Shown: piece by piece, positions 1 through 9,776 of the stretch | Layout: each line of letters opens with the position of its first letter | Position numbering within the stretch: position 1 is the first letter of the stretch | Assembly: GCA_963666735.1 (NCBI GenBank) | Contig: OY762926.1 | Span: forward strand, 2,304,001-2,368,000 | Direction: 5' to 3' | Length of the DNA: 64,000 nucleotides | Source of the DNA: Gemmatimonadota bacterium | Lineage (GTDB): Bacteria; Gemmatimonadota; Gemmatimonadetes; Palauibacterales; Palauibacteraceae | The notes under the pieces: model-generated | Database searches by the model: none | Seen by the model: the letters and a program-made list of their open reading frames with translations, nothing else | Told to the model about the DNA's origin: nothing | Program-made: the position numbers and the translations under genes

Positions 1-1334
1 CCGGGCCCCTCATCCGCGTCCCGCAGGGCGCGGAGATCGTCGTGCTGTTCACGAACCGCATCGACCTGCCGACGGCGGTCCATTGGCACGGCGTGCGGCT
101 CGAAAACGAGTTCGACGGGGTCCCCGGCGTCACCCAGGACCCGATCGAACCCGGCGAATCCTTCATGTACCGGGTCTACTTCAGGGACGCCGGCCTCTAC
201 TGGTACCACCCGCATCACCGCGAGGACATCCAGCAGGACCTCGGCCTGTACGGAAACATGCTCGTCGACGCGCCCGCTCCTGACTACTACGGTCCGGCGA
301 ACGGCGAGGACTTCCTCATGCTCGACGACCTGCTGGTCGACGACGGGGGCCTCTTCCCCTGGGGACGCGAAGCCGCCGTGCAGACGCTCATGGGCCGCTT
401 CGGGAACCAGTTGCTCGTGAACGGAGAACCGCGCTGGGAGGCGACGGTCCGCCGCGGCGAGGTGCGGCGCCTCTATCTCACGAACGTCGCGAACACGCGC
501 ACTTTCAACCTCGTCATGGAGGGTGCGGAGATGAAGCTCGTGGGCGCCGACGTGAGCAAGTTCGAGCGCGAGAGCTTCGTCTCGAACGTCGTCCTCGCCC
601 CGGCCCAGCGCTACATCGTCGACGCCCGCTTCGAGGAACCGGGCACGTACGCACTCCTCAACCCGATCCAGGCCATCGACCACTTCAACGGCCGCTTCTA
701 TCCGCAGACCGACACGCTGGGGGTCGTCACCGTCCTCGACGAACCGGTGGCGGAAGACCACGGCGACGCGTTCTCCACCCTGCGCGAACACGCGGACGTC
801 ATCGAGGACATCGACCGCTACCGCGCCGAGTTCGGCCGGCTCGTCGATCACGAACTCGAACTCACGGTCCGGGTGGGGGACCTCCCCAGCGACATCGTCG
901 CCGTGATGGCGATCGACACCCTCTACTTCCCGCCCGTCGAGTGGACCGACGCGATGCCGATGATGAACTTCCTCTCGACGTCGGAGAACCTGACCTGGAT
1001 CCTGCGCGACACCCGGACGGGGAAGGAAAACCGGGACATCGACTGGCGCTTCACGGTGGGGGACGTGCGGAAGCTCCGCATCCACAATCAGCGCCGCTCG
1101 TTCCACCCCATGCAACACCCGATCCATATCCACGGCCAGCGCTTCCTCGTGCTGGCGAAGGACGGGGTGCCGGCGGACAATCTCGCCTGGAAGGACACGG
1201 TCGTGATCCCCGTCGGATCGACGTTCGACATCCTGCTCGAGGCCTCCAACTCTGGCCGATGGATGGCGCACTGCCATATTGCGGAGCACTTGGAGGCCGG
1301 CATGTCCATGGTGTTCACGGTGGACCCCGGCTAG
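1..1334 (+). CDS. Three-domain multicopper oxidase (5' end outside window)
   Basis: All four Cu motifs present: HWHG, WYHPH, HPIHIHG, HCHIAEHLEAGM; frame is open back to the window edge. Confidence 0.92.
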   Translation, partial: GPLIRVPQGAEIVVLFTNRIDLPTAVHWHGVRLENEFDGVPGVTQDPIEPGESFMYRVYFRDAGLYWYHPHHREDIQQDLGLYGNMLVDAPAPDYYGPANGEDFLMLDDLLVDDGGLFPWGREAAVQTLMGRFGNQLLVNGEPRWEATVRRGEVRRLYLTNVANTRTFNLVMEGAEMKLVGADVSKFERESFVSNVVLAPAQRYIVDARFEEPGTYALLNPIQAIDHFNGRFYPQTDTLGVVTVLDEPVAEDHGDAFSTLREHADVIEDIDRYRAEFGRLVDHELELTVRVGDLPSDIVAVMAIDTLYFPPVEWTDAMPMMNFLSTSENLTWILRDTRTGKENRDIDWRFTVGDVRKLRIHNQRRSFHPMQHPIHIHGQRFLVLAKDGVPADNLAWKDTVVIPVGSTFDILLEASNSGRWMAHCHIAEHLEAGMSMVFTVDPG

Positions 1335-1380
1335 CCGGGGGAGCAGGAACCCCGGCGCCCCGACCAAAACGGAGGAAAGA

Positions 1381-2757
1381 ATGAAGTTCAGCAATCGGAC
1401 GATGTGCGCGGCGGCGGCCGTGACCGCGCTCGGAGCCGTCTTCGCCGCCCCGGCCGCACTCGATGCGCAGGCGATCGATGTCGTGGAGCGCGGCAGCCGG
1501 AACATGGAAGTGCTCGGACATGTCCCGCTCGGCCCGCGGCTCAGCATCGCGGACATGGACATCGAGCAGGAGATGCACCGGCCGTACGCGTACGTGGCGC
1601 GCATGCAGTACGGGCCGGTCGGTCCGAAAGGGCTCGACATCGTCTCGATCAAAGACCCGGAGCACCCCGAGGTGCTGTACGAGTGGCGGATCGAGGACCA
1701 GGATCTCCACCTGCGCACCGGCGGGATGGACGTGAAGCACTTCAAGTGGGGAGACCGCTACTACGTCGTTCAGTCGCTCCAGTTCGGGCAGGGCGGCCCG
1801 GACTCCGACATGGGCGCGGTCGTCCTCGATGTGACGGGACTGCCGGACGCCTCGACGGTGCGTGAGGTGGCCCGCATCAAGGAGCCCGATCTCCCGGGCG
1901 GCTTCCACAACATCTTCGTCTACAAGCACTCGAACATGAATGTGTATCTCGTCGCCACCGTCTCCGGCCCGTACGCGGCCGTGTACGACCTCGGCGCGCT
2001 GGTCGACGGGCGAAGCGACACGATGGTGGCGCAGATCCCCGTCCCGGATCAGGGGATGGCGGGGAACCGGCGGCGGGGATACCACGATTTCTATCTCGGC
2101 TATCACCCGGAAACGGGGACGGACCGCTTCTACGGCGGCGGCACCGGCGGCTACTACGTCTACGACGTGACGGATCTCGACAACCCGGAGCTTCTGACGC
2201 AGATCGTCGGGGTATCCGGGATCCGGAGCGGCCACACGTTCACACCCACTCCGGACGGGAACTTCGCGATCGCGGAGACGGAGTATCAGTACGCGCCGCT
2301 GAGGATCTTCGACCTCAGGCCCGGACTCAACGGCGAGGTCGCGGCGATCAACCGCCCGATCGCGGCGTGGACGGCGAACTGGAAAAACCTCGTCCACAAC
2401 CACGAGGTGCGGTGGCCGCTCGTGTTCGTGTCCGGCTACCTGGACGGGCTCGTCGTGTTCAACATGATGGATCCGGAGAATCCGATCACCGTGGGCCACT
2501 ACGACACCTACCTCGGGCCGCCGAACCCCGACCGGACCCCCGTCTTCAACGGCACGTTCGGAGTCGATGTCCGGAACGAGGACGGACTCATCGTCGTGAG
2601 CGACATGACGACGGGCCTGTGGACCTTCCGGATGGAGGGCTTCCAGGGGTGGAACGGCGACGACTGGGGCGTGCCGAACATCTCCAGCGCCCAGGACTGG
2701 GACAACGGACCCGCCGGCGCGGCCGGGCGCATCACGACGGACCAGCAGGGCGACTGA
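1381..2757 (+). CDS. Secreted LVIVD-like beta-propeller protein
   Basis: GGAGG RBS before ATG 1381; signal peptide ending ..LDAQA; repeated blade motifs (GLDIVSIKDP, YVYDVTDLDNP, GLVVFNMMDPENP). Confidence 0.7.
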   Translation: MKFSNRTMCAAAAVTALGAVFAAPAALDAQAIDVVERGSRNMEVLGHVPLGPRLSIADMDIEQEMHRPYAYVARMQYGPVGPKGLDIVSIKDPEHPEVLYEWRIEDQDLHLRTGGMDVKHFKWGDRYYVVQSLQFGQGGPDSDMGAVVLDVTGLPDASTVREVARIKEPDLPGGFHNIFVYKHSNMNVYLVATVSGPYAAVYDLGALVDGRSDTMVAQIPVPDQGMAGNRRRGYHDFYLGYHPETGTDRFYGGGTGGYYVYDVTDLDNPELLTQIVGVSGIRSGHTFTPTPDGNFAIAETEYQYAPLRIFDLRPGLNGEVAAINRPIAAWTANWKNLVHNHEVRWPLVFVSGYLDGLVVFNMMDPENPITVGHYDTYLGPPNPDRTPVFNGTFGVDVRNEDGLIVVSDMTTGLWTFRMEGFQGWNGDDWGVPNISSAQDWDNGPAGAAGRITTDQQGD

Positions 2758-2767
2758 CGCCGGCGGC

Positions 2768-4558
2768 GTGAGCATCCGGCCACGGCTCCTCGTGGTCGGG
2801 AGCCCCTCTCTGGATCTCCTGCACTTCGGCGGCCGCTCCGTGCGGTCCGCCGGGGGCGCGGGACTCTACACCGCGCTCGCGGCACAGCGGGCCGGGGCCG
2901 AAGTCACGGTCGTGGCGCCGCGTCCGGATCCCATGCCGCCGGAACTCGAGTCGGCGGACCGCCTCCTCGACTGGCGGGGGCCGCCCGTTCCGCCCTCCGC
3001 GCTCCCTCACTTCGAGATCGAGTACTTCCCCGATGGCCGGACCGTCTATCGCCGGGCGGTGCGCGGGTCCGAGGGGGACATCCGTTACGGCGACATCCCC
3101 GACGCCGGGCCGGGCGCCTTCGCCTACGTCGTCCCTCTCCTCGACCCGGAACTGCAGTTGGGGTTCGCGCGGCGGCTGTCCGCGGCGGGAGTGCGCGTGG
3201 GGTGCGGAACGTACGCGCCGGGGATCCGCGCGCATCGGGAGGTCGTCGCGCGGATCGTGGAGGCGTCCCGCTACTTCTTCTGCAACGAGGAGGAAGCCGG
3301 GCTCCTCTTCGGATCGATCGACGATGTCGCGGCGGCGCCGGGGCGCGTGGTCTTCGTCACCCAGGGTGCGCGGGGGGCTCGCGTCGTCCTGGGCGGCCAT
3401 GCCATCGACGTCCCCGCTCCCGAGGTCGACGAGGTGGATCCGACGGGCGCCGGCGACACCTTTTGCGGGACCGCGCTGGCCCGGCTCGCGGCCGGAGACC
3501 ACCCCGGCATCGCCGCGCGGGTTGCGACGGCCCGTGCCGCTCGGACGGTGACGGGTATCGGGCCGGCGCCCCTCCTCTCGGACGGCCCGCCTGCCGCGCC
3601 GCCGCGGGACGTTCGGGTCCGCCTCGACGGCCATCGCGTCCGGCGCGTGGCCGGAGTCATCGCGACGGCCCCGGAGGCGGCGGCGTTCGACTTCACCGGC
3701 CCGGACTTCCCCGAACCCGGCGATCCGGCGGCGCTCGATTTCTTCTTCGCGGGGACGGTGCAGCAGTTCGGTTTCTGGCACGAGCGCGCGGGCCGCTACG
3801 AGGAACCCATGATCGCCTCCCTGGAGGGCCGGGCCCGCAAGGGGAGCGACTACCTGTGGGCCGCCTACCTGCGCTGGGCCCGCGAGGCGGCGGACGAACT
3901 CACTCCCGCCGGGCAGGCCGGCCTCGACGACGCGGACTTCGATCATCGCCTCCGGGACGATGGCGGTCACCACCCGCTCCCGGCCGGCCCGCTGCATCCG
4001 GCATGCGCTCGGGCGTACGGCCGCGACATGCTCGCGCTCGGCCTGACCCCCGCCTCGCTCGTGGCGGACGCCAACGCCGCGGAGCGGCCCCTCGCCCGCT
4101 TTCTCTCACGCCTCGATTCGGTCCGCGGCTACGGGGAGGATCCGTGGCGGAAGAAGTCCGCCCTCCTCGCGGCGATCCTCAGCCAGCGGCCGGAGCGATT
4201 CCTGCGGCTGGGGGAGGCGGAGGACGTGCCGCCGATCGTCGACTACCACTGCCAGCGCAGTTGCCTTCGCCTCGGCGTCGTCTCGGTGACCGACGAGACG
4301 CTGGCCGCGAAGCTCGCGAAGCGGGAGGTTGTGAGCGCGGAAGAAGAGGAGGCCGTGCGGGCCGCGTGTTACGAGGCGGTCGGGGAGATCCGGCGCCTGA
4401 GCGGGCGCTCCATGGGGGCCGTGGACTGGTTCTTTTTTCAGAACAGGGTACGGTGCCCGGAGATGACGGAACCGGACTGCGAGAGGTGCCCCGCCGACCC
4501 GGCGTGCGCGCACCGGACGCGACTCTTCCAGCCGGTGTTTCGTACGACCGCGTATTGA
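2768..4558 (+). CDS. PfkB-family kinase fused to a queuosine-salvage (DUF2419/QNG1)-like domain with a C-terminal 4-Cys motif
   Basis: N-half has GGAG, NEEEA and DPTGAGDTF (PfkB signatures); C-half has QFGFW, IVDYH..LRLG, EEEAVRAA, RTTAY and C-x7-C-x2-C-x5-C. Confidence 0.75.
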   Translation: MSIRPRLLVVGSPSLDLLHFGGRSVRSAGGAGLYTALAAQRAGAEVTVVAPRPDPMPPELESADRLLDWRGPPVPPSALPHFEIEYFPDGRTVYRRAVRGSEGDIRYGDIPDAGPGAFAYVVPLLDPELQLGFARRLSAAGVRVGCGTYAPGIRAHREVVARIVEASRYFFCNEEEAGLLFGSIDDVAAAPGRVVFVTQGARGARVVLGGHAIDVPAPEVDEVDPTGAGDTFCGTALARLAAGDHPGIAARVATARAARTVTGIGPAPLLSDGPPAAPPRDVRVRLDGHRVRRVAGVIATAPEAAAFDFTGPDFPEPGDPAALDFFFAGTVQQFGFWHERAGRYEEPMIASLEGRARKGSDYLWAAYLRWAREAADELTPAGQAGLDDADFDHRLRDDGGHHPLPAGPLHPACARAYGRDMLALGLTPASLVADANAAERPLARFLSRLDSVRGYGEDPWRKKSALLAAILSQRPERFLRLGEAEDVPPIVDYHCQRSCLRLGVVSVTDETLAAKLAKREVVSAEEEEAVRAACYEAVGEIRRLSGRSMGAVDWFFFQNRVRCPEMTEPDCERCPADPACAHRTRLFQPVFRTTAY

Positions 4559-4605
4559 GGCCGGGACGGCTCAGGACCACCAACCACGGGAGTCGGGAGA
4601 ATCTC

Positions 4606-5094
4606 ATGAGAAAGTTCGGAGCAGCGTGCCTTCTCGCCGCAGCGATCCTTGTCACGCCCGCGGTCGCGGCCGCGCAGGATGACGCCGGAGCGGGGGCGGT
4701 CGCCGCCGTGCAGGCGTTGTTCGACGCGATGGCCGCCCGCGACGGCGACGCGATCCGCGGCCTGCTGACTGAAGGCGCCACCTTCGTGGCCACGGCGGAG
4801 ACCGCGGATGGCGTGCAGGTCCGGGAGAGCACCGGCGCCGAGTTCGCCGCTTCCATCGGTCAGCCGGGCCCCGCCCTGCTCGAACGCATGTGGGACCCGC
4901 ACGTGATGGTCCAGGGTCCGATCGCTGTCGTATGGACTCCCTACGACTTCCATGTGGACGGCGAGTTCAGCCACTGCGGGATCGACGCGGTGAGCCTCGT
5001 GCAGGCGGAAGACGGCTGGAAGATCTCGAGCATCGCCTACACGCGCAAAACCGAAGGCTGCGAACCGAGCCCGCTGGGTCCGCCCGGCGGTTGA
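4606..5094 (+). CDS. Secreted NTF2/SnoaL-like fold protein
   Basis: Signal peptide (..AAAQ); ERMWDP..AVVWTPYDFHVDGEFSHCGIDA..GWKISSI pattern. Confidence 0.75.
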   Translation: MRKFGAACLLAAAILVTPAVAAAQDDAGAGAVAAVQALFDAMAARDGDAIRGLLTEGATFVATAETADGVQVRESTGAEFAASIGQPGPALLERMWDPHVMVQGPIAVVWTPYDFHVDGEFSHCGIDAVSLVQAEDGWKISSIAYTRKTEGCEPSPLGPPGG

Positions 5095-5109
5095 CGCCGG
5101 GTTCGCCCA

Positions 5110-5401
5110 GCGCGGTTTGAGACGGCCAGCCGCATGGCGTTCAGGGTCACGGCGAAGCTGGCTCCCACGTCCCCCACGCAGCTCCGAGGCGGGAACGGCC
5201 CGCTCCGTCCCGTCATCGGCCACCAGAGTCGCGTTCATGTCGAGGCGCAGTGTCCGTGCGGATGCGCCACCAGCCGGCTTGGTTTGGGCCGTGCCCCATG
5301 ACGAACACGAGCACGAGGCCGACCGCCCACAGGCCGCCGGACACGTAGGTCTTGATGGCCTCGGGCGTCCTCCACGGCGAGGATCCGGGAACGCCGTTCA
5401 C
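5110..5401 (-). pseudogene. Collapsed remnant of a heavy-metal P1B-type ATPase (ZntA/CadA-like)
   Basis: GTG overlapping cusA stop; ordered fragments: N-terminal TM (..GLWAVGLVLVFVMG..), RTLRLDMN, actuator start ATLVADDGTERAVPASELR, C-terminal VGDVGASFAVTLNAMRLA; no DKTGT or other core motifs. Confidence 0.75.
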
Positions 5402-8400
5402 GACGCCGCCTCCGCGGCCGGAGCCTCGCTTCGCACGCGCGGCGCGCGTGCGTTGCGGAGCTGCCACCGGCGCCACAGGAGGTAGATGGCGGGGATCACG
5501 AGCAGCGTGAGGACCGTCGCGGAGATCATGCCCCCGACCATGGGCGACGCGATCCGCTTCATCACATCCGCGCCGGTGCCGGAACTCCACAGGATCGGCA
5601 TCAGCGCGGCGGTGATCGCGGTCACCGTCATCACGACCGGGCGCAGTCGCTCCAGCGCCCCTTCCCGGACTGCGGCCCCGACATCGGCGGGGGTCCGTAT
5701 CCTGCCCGCGCGCCGGTGGCGGTGGAACGCTTCGTCGAGGTAGATCAGCATCACGACGCCGGTTTCGGCCGCCACGCCGGCGAGCGCGATGAACCCCACC
5801 CACACGGCGACGCTCGTATTGTAGCCCAGGAGCCACAGGAACCAGATGCCGCCCACAAGCGAGAACGGCAGAGCGAGCATGACGATCAGCGATTCGGCCA
5901 CGCCCCGGAAGTTCAGGTACAGGAGCAGGAAGATGATCCCCAGGGTCACCGGAATCACGATGCGCAGGCGCTCCTGCACCCGCTGCATGAACTCGTACTG
6001 CCCGCTCCACACGAGGGAGTACCCGCTGGGGAGTTCGAGTTGGGCGGCCACGACGCGCCGCGCCTCCTCCACGTAACTCCCGACGTCGACGCCCTCGATA
6101 TCGATGAAGACGGTGGTGACCGGAAAGGCGTTCTCCGTCTTCACGGCCATGGGCCCCTGGACGGCCGCCACGCGTGCCACCTGCCCGAGCGGAATCTGCG
6201 TGCCGTCGGGAGCGGCCACCAGCACTTCGCGCAGGTTCTCGAGATCGTCGCGCAGTTCGCGCGGGTAGCGGACGTTCACCGCGTACCGCTCGCGCCCCTC
6301 CACGGTGATCGTCGCGTTCATCCCGCCGACCGACGCCATGATCGCGTTGTGCACGTCCCCCACGTTGAGGCCGTAGCGCGCCGCCTCCGGCCGGTCGACG
6401 TCGATGTCGACGTAGTACCCGGAAACCCCGCGTTCGGCGAAGGAGCTTCGTGTCCCGGGCACCGCGCGCACGATGCGCTCGACCTGCTCCCCGAGTGCCT
6501 GCAGCGTGTCGAGATCCGGTCCGAAGATCTTGATCCCGACGGGCGTTCGAACGCCCGTCGCCAGCATGTCGATGCGCCCCTTGATCGGCATCGTCCACGC
6601 GTTCGTCACGCCGGGGAGCGTGACCGCCTCGTCCATCTGCGCGAGCAGACCCGCGGATGTCAGGCCGGGACGCCAGTCGTCCCGCGGCCGGAGGGTGATC
6701 GTCGTCTCGAACATGTCGAGCGGTGCGGGGTCGGTGGCGGTTTCCGCGCGCCCCGCCTTCCCCAGCACTCTCTCCACTTCGGGGAAGGACGCGAGGACGC
6801 TGTCCTGGTAGCGCATGATCTCGCGCGCCTGGGCGATCGAAGCCCCCGGCACGGTCGTCGGCATGAACAGGATCGATCCCTCATCGAGCGGTGGCATGAA
6901 CTCGCTCCCGAGCCGCTGCCACGGGAAGATCGTCGCTCCGAGGAGAAGCCCGGCGGCGGAGACCACGAGCCACGGGCGCCTGAGTGCGGCGTCGAGGAAC
7001 GGCCGGTACAGCCAGCGCAGCGCCCGATTCACCGGGTTGGCGCGCTCCGGGCGGATCCGCCCGCGCACCAGATACCCCATGAGCACGGGGACGAGCGTGA
7101 TCGCGAGGAAGGCGGACCCCGCCATGGCGAAGGTCTTGGTGAACGCGAGCGGCTTGAACAGCCGGCCCTCCTGCTGCTCGAGCGCGAACACCGGGAGGAA
7201 GCTGAACGTGATGATGAGGAGGGAGAAGAAGAGGGGCGGGCCCACCTGCTTCGCGCTCTCGAGGACCACATCCCAGCGGGAGGCGCCGGGGCCGGCGCGT
7301 TCGAGATGCTTGTGCATGTTCTCGATCATGACGATTGCCGCGTCCACCATGGCCCCGATCGCGATCGCGATGCCGCCGAGGCTCATGATGTTGGCGTTCA
7401 CGCCGATCCAGCGCATGACGATGAACGAGAGGAGGATGCCGAGCGGGAGCGTGACGATTGCGACGAGCGCCGACCGGAAGTGCAGCAGAAACAGCAGCGC
7501 CACGGCCGCGACGATGAGCGACTCCTCCACGAGCTTTTCGCGGAGCGTGTCGATGGCCCGGTGGATCAGGTCGCTGCGGTCGTAGGCCGGCCGCAGCCGG
7601 GTGCCGGCCGGCAGCCCCGCGTTGATCTCCTCCAGCCGCTCCTTCACGAGTTCGATCGTCTCGAGGGCATCGGAGCCGAACCGCATGACGACGATCCCGG
7701 CCACGACTTCGCCCCGTCCGTCGAGGTCCGCGAGGCCGCGGCGGGGGGCGGGGCCTTCCTGCACCGTCGCCACGTCTGCGACCCGAATCGGCGTGCCGTT
7801 CGGCGTCGATCCGACGGCCACGTTCTCGATGTCGGTGATCCCCCGCAGGTAGCCGAGACCGCGAATCATGTATTCCCGGCCGCCCATCTCCAGGACGCGC
7901 GCCCCGATGTCGATGTTGTGATCGCCGATCGCCTGCGACACCCGCGTCACGGGGATGTCGAACGCGCGCAGCCGCTCCGGATTCACCTCCACCTGGTACT
8001 GCTTCACGAACCCGCCCAGGCTCGCGACCTCGGCCACGCCCGGCACGGCGGTCAGCTGATATCGGATATACCAGTCCTGCAGCGTGCGCAGTTCGGCGAG
8101 GTCCAGACTGTCCGATTCAAGGGTGTACTCGTAGACCCAGCCCACGCCGGTCGCGTCCGGGCCAAGCGCGGGTTCCACGGTCTCCGGCAGTTGACGCCGG
8201 ATCCCGTTCAGGTATTCGAGGACGCGGGAGCGCGCCCAGTAGATGTCCGTGCCGTCCTCGAAGATCACGTAGACGAGACTGAGGCCGAAGAAGGAGAACG
8301 CTCGCACGACGCGCGCCCCCGGCACCTTCAGCATCTCCGATGCAATCGGGTACGTCACCTGGTCTTCGACGATCTGAGGGGCCTGTTCCGCGAAGTCGGT

Positions 8401-8550
8401 CTGGACGATGACCTGCACGTCGGAGAGGTCCGGGATGGCGTCGAGCGGCGTCGTGCGCACGGACCACAGCCCCGCGCCGACGATGGCGGCCGTCCCGAGC
8501 AGGACGAGGAACCGGTTCCGGATCGACCATTCGATGACGCGCGCGATCAT
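5398..8550 (-). CDS. cusA: Cu(I)/Ag(I) RND efflux permease
   Basis: 1050 aa; AIPDLSDVQV; CusA-type Met triad contexts LFMPT, PLDMFET, RIDMLATG. Confidence 0.93.
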   Translation of the reverse strand: MIARVIEWSIRNRFLVLLGTAAIVGAGLWSVRTTPLDAIPDLSDVQVIVQTDFAEQAPQIVEDQVTYPIASEMLKVPGARVVRAFSFFGLSLVYVIFEDGTDIYWARSRVLEYLNGIRRQLPETVEPALGPDATGVGWVYEYTLESDSLDLAELRTLQDWYIRYQLTAVPGVAEVASLGGFVKQYQVEVNPERLRAFDIPVTRVSQAIGDHNIDIGARVLEMGGREYMIRGLGYLRGITDIENVAVGSTPNGTPIRVADVATVQEGPAPRRGLADLDGRGEVVAGIVVMRFGSDALETIELVKERLEEINAGLPAGTRLRPAYDRSDLIHRAIDTLREKLVEESLIVAAVALLFLLHFRSALVAIVTLPLGILLSFIVMRWIGVNANIMSLGGIAIAIGAMVDAAIVMIENMHKHLERAGPGASRWDVVLESAKQVGPPLFFSLLIITFSFLPVFALEQQEGRLFKPLAFTKTFAMAGSAFLAITLVPVLMGYLVRGRIRPERANPVNRALRWLYRPFLDAALRRPWLVVSAAGLLLGATIFPWQRLGSEFMPPLDEGSILFMPTTVPGASIAQAREIMRYQDSVLASFPEVERVLGKAGRAETATDPAPLDMFETTITLRPRDDWRPGLTSAGLLAQMDEAVTLPGVTNAWTMPIKGRIDMLATGVRTPVGIKIFGPDLDTLQALGEQVERIVRAVPGTRSSFAERGVSGYYVDIDVDRPEAARYGLNVGDVHNAIMASVGGMNATITVEGRERYAVNVRYPRELRDDLENLREVLVAAPDGTQIPLGQVARVAAVQGPMAVKTENAFPVTTVFIDIEGVDVGSYVEEARRVVAAQLELPSGYSLVWSGQYEFMQRVQERLRIVIPVTLGIIFLLLYLNFRGVAESLIVMLALPFSLVGGIWFLWLLGYNTSVAVWVGFIALAGVAAETGVVMLIYLDEAFHRHRRAGRIRTPADVGAAVREGALERLRPVVMTVTAITAALMPILWSSGTGADVMKRIASPMVGGMISATVLTLLVIPAIYLLWRRWQLRNARAPRVRSEAPAAEAAS

Positions 8551-9776
8551 CGTCCCTCCATGCCGTGGCCCGCATGCTGCATGCCCGGCATGCTTCCGCC
8601 CGTCGCACCGAGGCGGGATTCGGCATCGATGAGAAAGTTCGCGGAAGCCACGATCGTCTCGCCTTCCGCGAGTCCGCTCAGGATCTGGACCAGATCGCCG
8701 GCCCGCGCTCCGAGGACGACCTCATGCGGCATCAGCAACCCTGTCTCGTCCCGCACGAAGACGAGATTCCGTTCGCCCGTCACGATGACGGCCTCCAGCG
8801 GCACCGCGATTTCGTCGCGGATCGCTGCGACCTCGAAGAAGACGGTGGCGAACATCCCCGGCTTGAAGCGCAGGCCGGGGTTCGGGACCGAGACCCGGAC
8901 ACGGTTTGTGCGGCTCGCGACCTCCACGGTGGGATAGACGAAGCTCACCGTCCCCATCATGTGTTCGCCCGGGTAGGCGGTGACCTCGATGTGGGCCTGC
9001 GAGCCGACGTCGACGAACTGGAGATCCTGCTCGAACACCTCTCCCTCCACCCACACCGTCGAGAGGTCCGCGATCCGGTACAGGCGCGCGCCGGGCGTCA
9101 CCCGCTGTCCCTCGACGACGTCCTTCTCGAGCACGATCCCGCTCACGGGCGCGACGAGGCGCATGGTCTTCGTGACCTCGCCCGTCTGTTCGAGCCGCTC
9201 GATCTGTTCTTCGGTGATGTCCCACCAGGCGAGGCGGCGGCGGCTGGCCTCGAGCATGGACTGCGCGCTCTCCCACGCTTCGCCCGCGGTCGGCGTGACC
9301 CGCGCCGCGAGGCGGCGCGCCGTCAGAAGCTCCTCCTGGGCCGCCACGAGCGCGGGGCTGTAGAGGGTGAGCAGCGGCTCCCCCCGGCGAACGGCTTCGC
9401 CGGTCGTCGCGACCAGCAGTTCCTCGACGAAGCCGTCGGTCTTGGGCGTGATGTCGGCGATGTTGCCCTCGGGGGCGTCGATGCGGCCCACGGTGCGGAT
9501 CTCGCGCACCGCGGAGACGCGCTCCACCGTGGCGTAGGTGACGCCGAGCGCCTGCTCCTGTTCCGACGTGAGCTGCACGAGACCCCGCCCGACCGCCGGC
9601 ATCGCGTCGATCTCCGGGGGCGCGGCCGTCGCAGCCATCATGTGGCCGGCGTGATCGCCTTCCATGCCGGGCATCTCCGCCATTTCGGAGCCCCCGCCGC
9701 AGGCCCAGAGGGCGGCCGCGGCGGAAACGAACCCGAGTCGAGCGCGTGCGACGGGCAAGACGTTGAATCGCTTCAT
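8547..9776 (-). CDS. cusB: RND membrane fusion protein (CusB-like lipoprotein)
   Basis: Lipobox LWAC; Met/His-rich termini; LYSPALVAAQEE, YRIADLSTVWV; 4-bp overlap with cusA. Confidence 0.9.
   Translation of the reverse strand: MKRFNVLPVARARLGFVSAAAALWACGGGSEMAEMPGMEGDHAGHMMAATAAPPEIDAMPAVGRGLVQLTSEQEQALGVTYATVERVSAVREIRTVGRIDAPEGNIADITPKTDGFVEELLVATTGEAVRRGEPLLTLYSPALVAAQEELLTARRLAARVTPTAGEAWESAQSMLEASRRRLAWWDITEEQIERLEQTGEVTKTMRLVAPVSGIVLEKDVVEGQRVTPGARLYRIADLSTVWVEGEVFEQDLQFVDVGSQAHIEVTAYPGEHMMGTVSFVYPTVEVASRTNRVRVSVPNPGLRFKPGMFATVFFEVAAIRDEIAVPLEAVIVTGERNLVFVRDETGLLMPHEVVLGARAGDLVQILSGLAEGETIVASANFLIDAESRLGATGGSMPGMQHAGHGMEGR

Noticed and set aside
1325..1356. Perfect 16-bp palindrome CCCCGGCTAGCCGGGG over the oxidase stop codon, with an alternative hairpin
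   Set aside because: Almost all GC, no U-tract, and no further copies noticed; cannot be called a terminator or REP
5716..8937. Very long antisense or alternate-frame ORFs (also 23498..26359, 34227..36662 and the upstream part of 40706..44377)
   Set aside because: Shadows of real genes caused by high GC3 and few stop codons; no recognisable motifs
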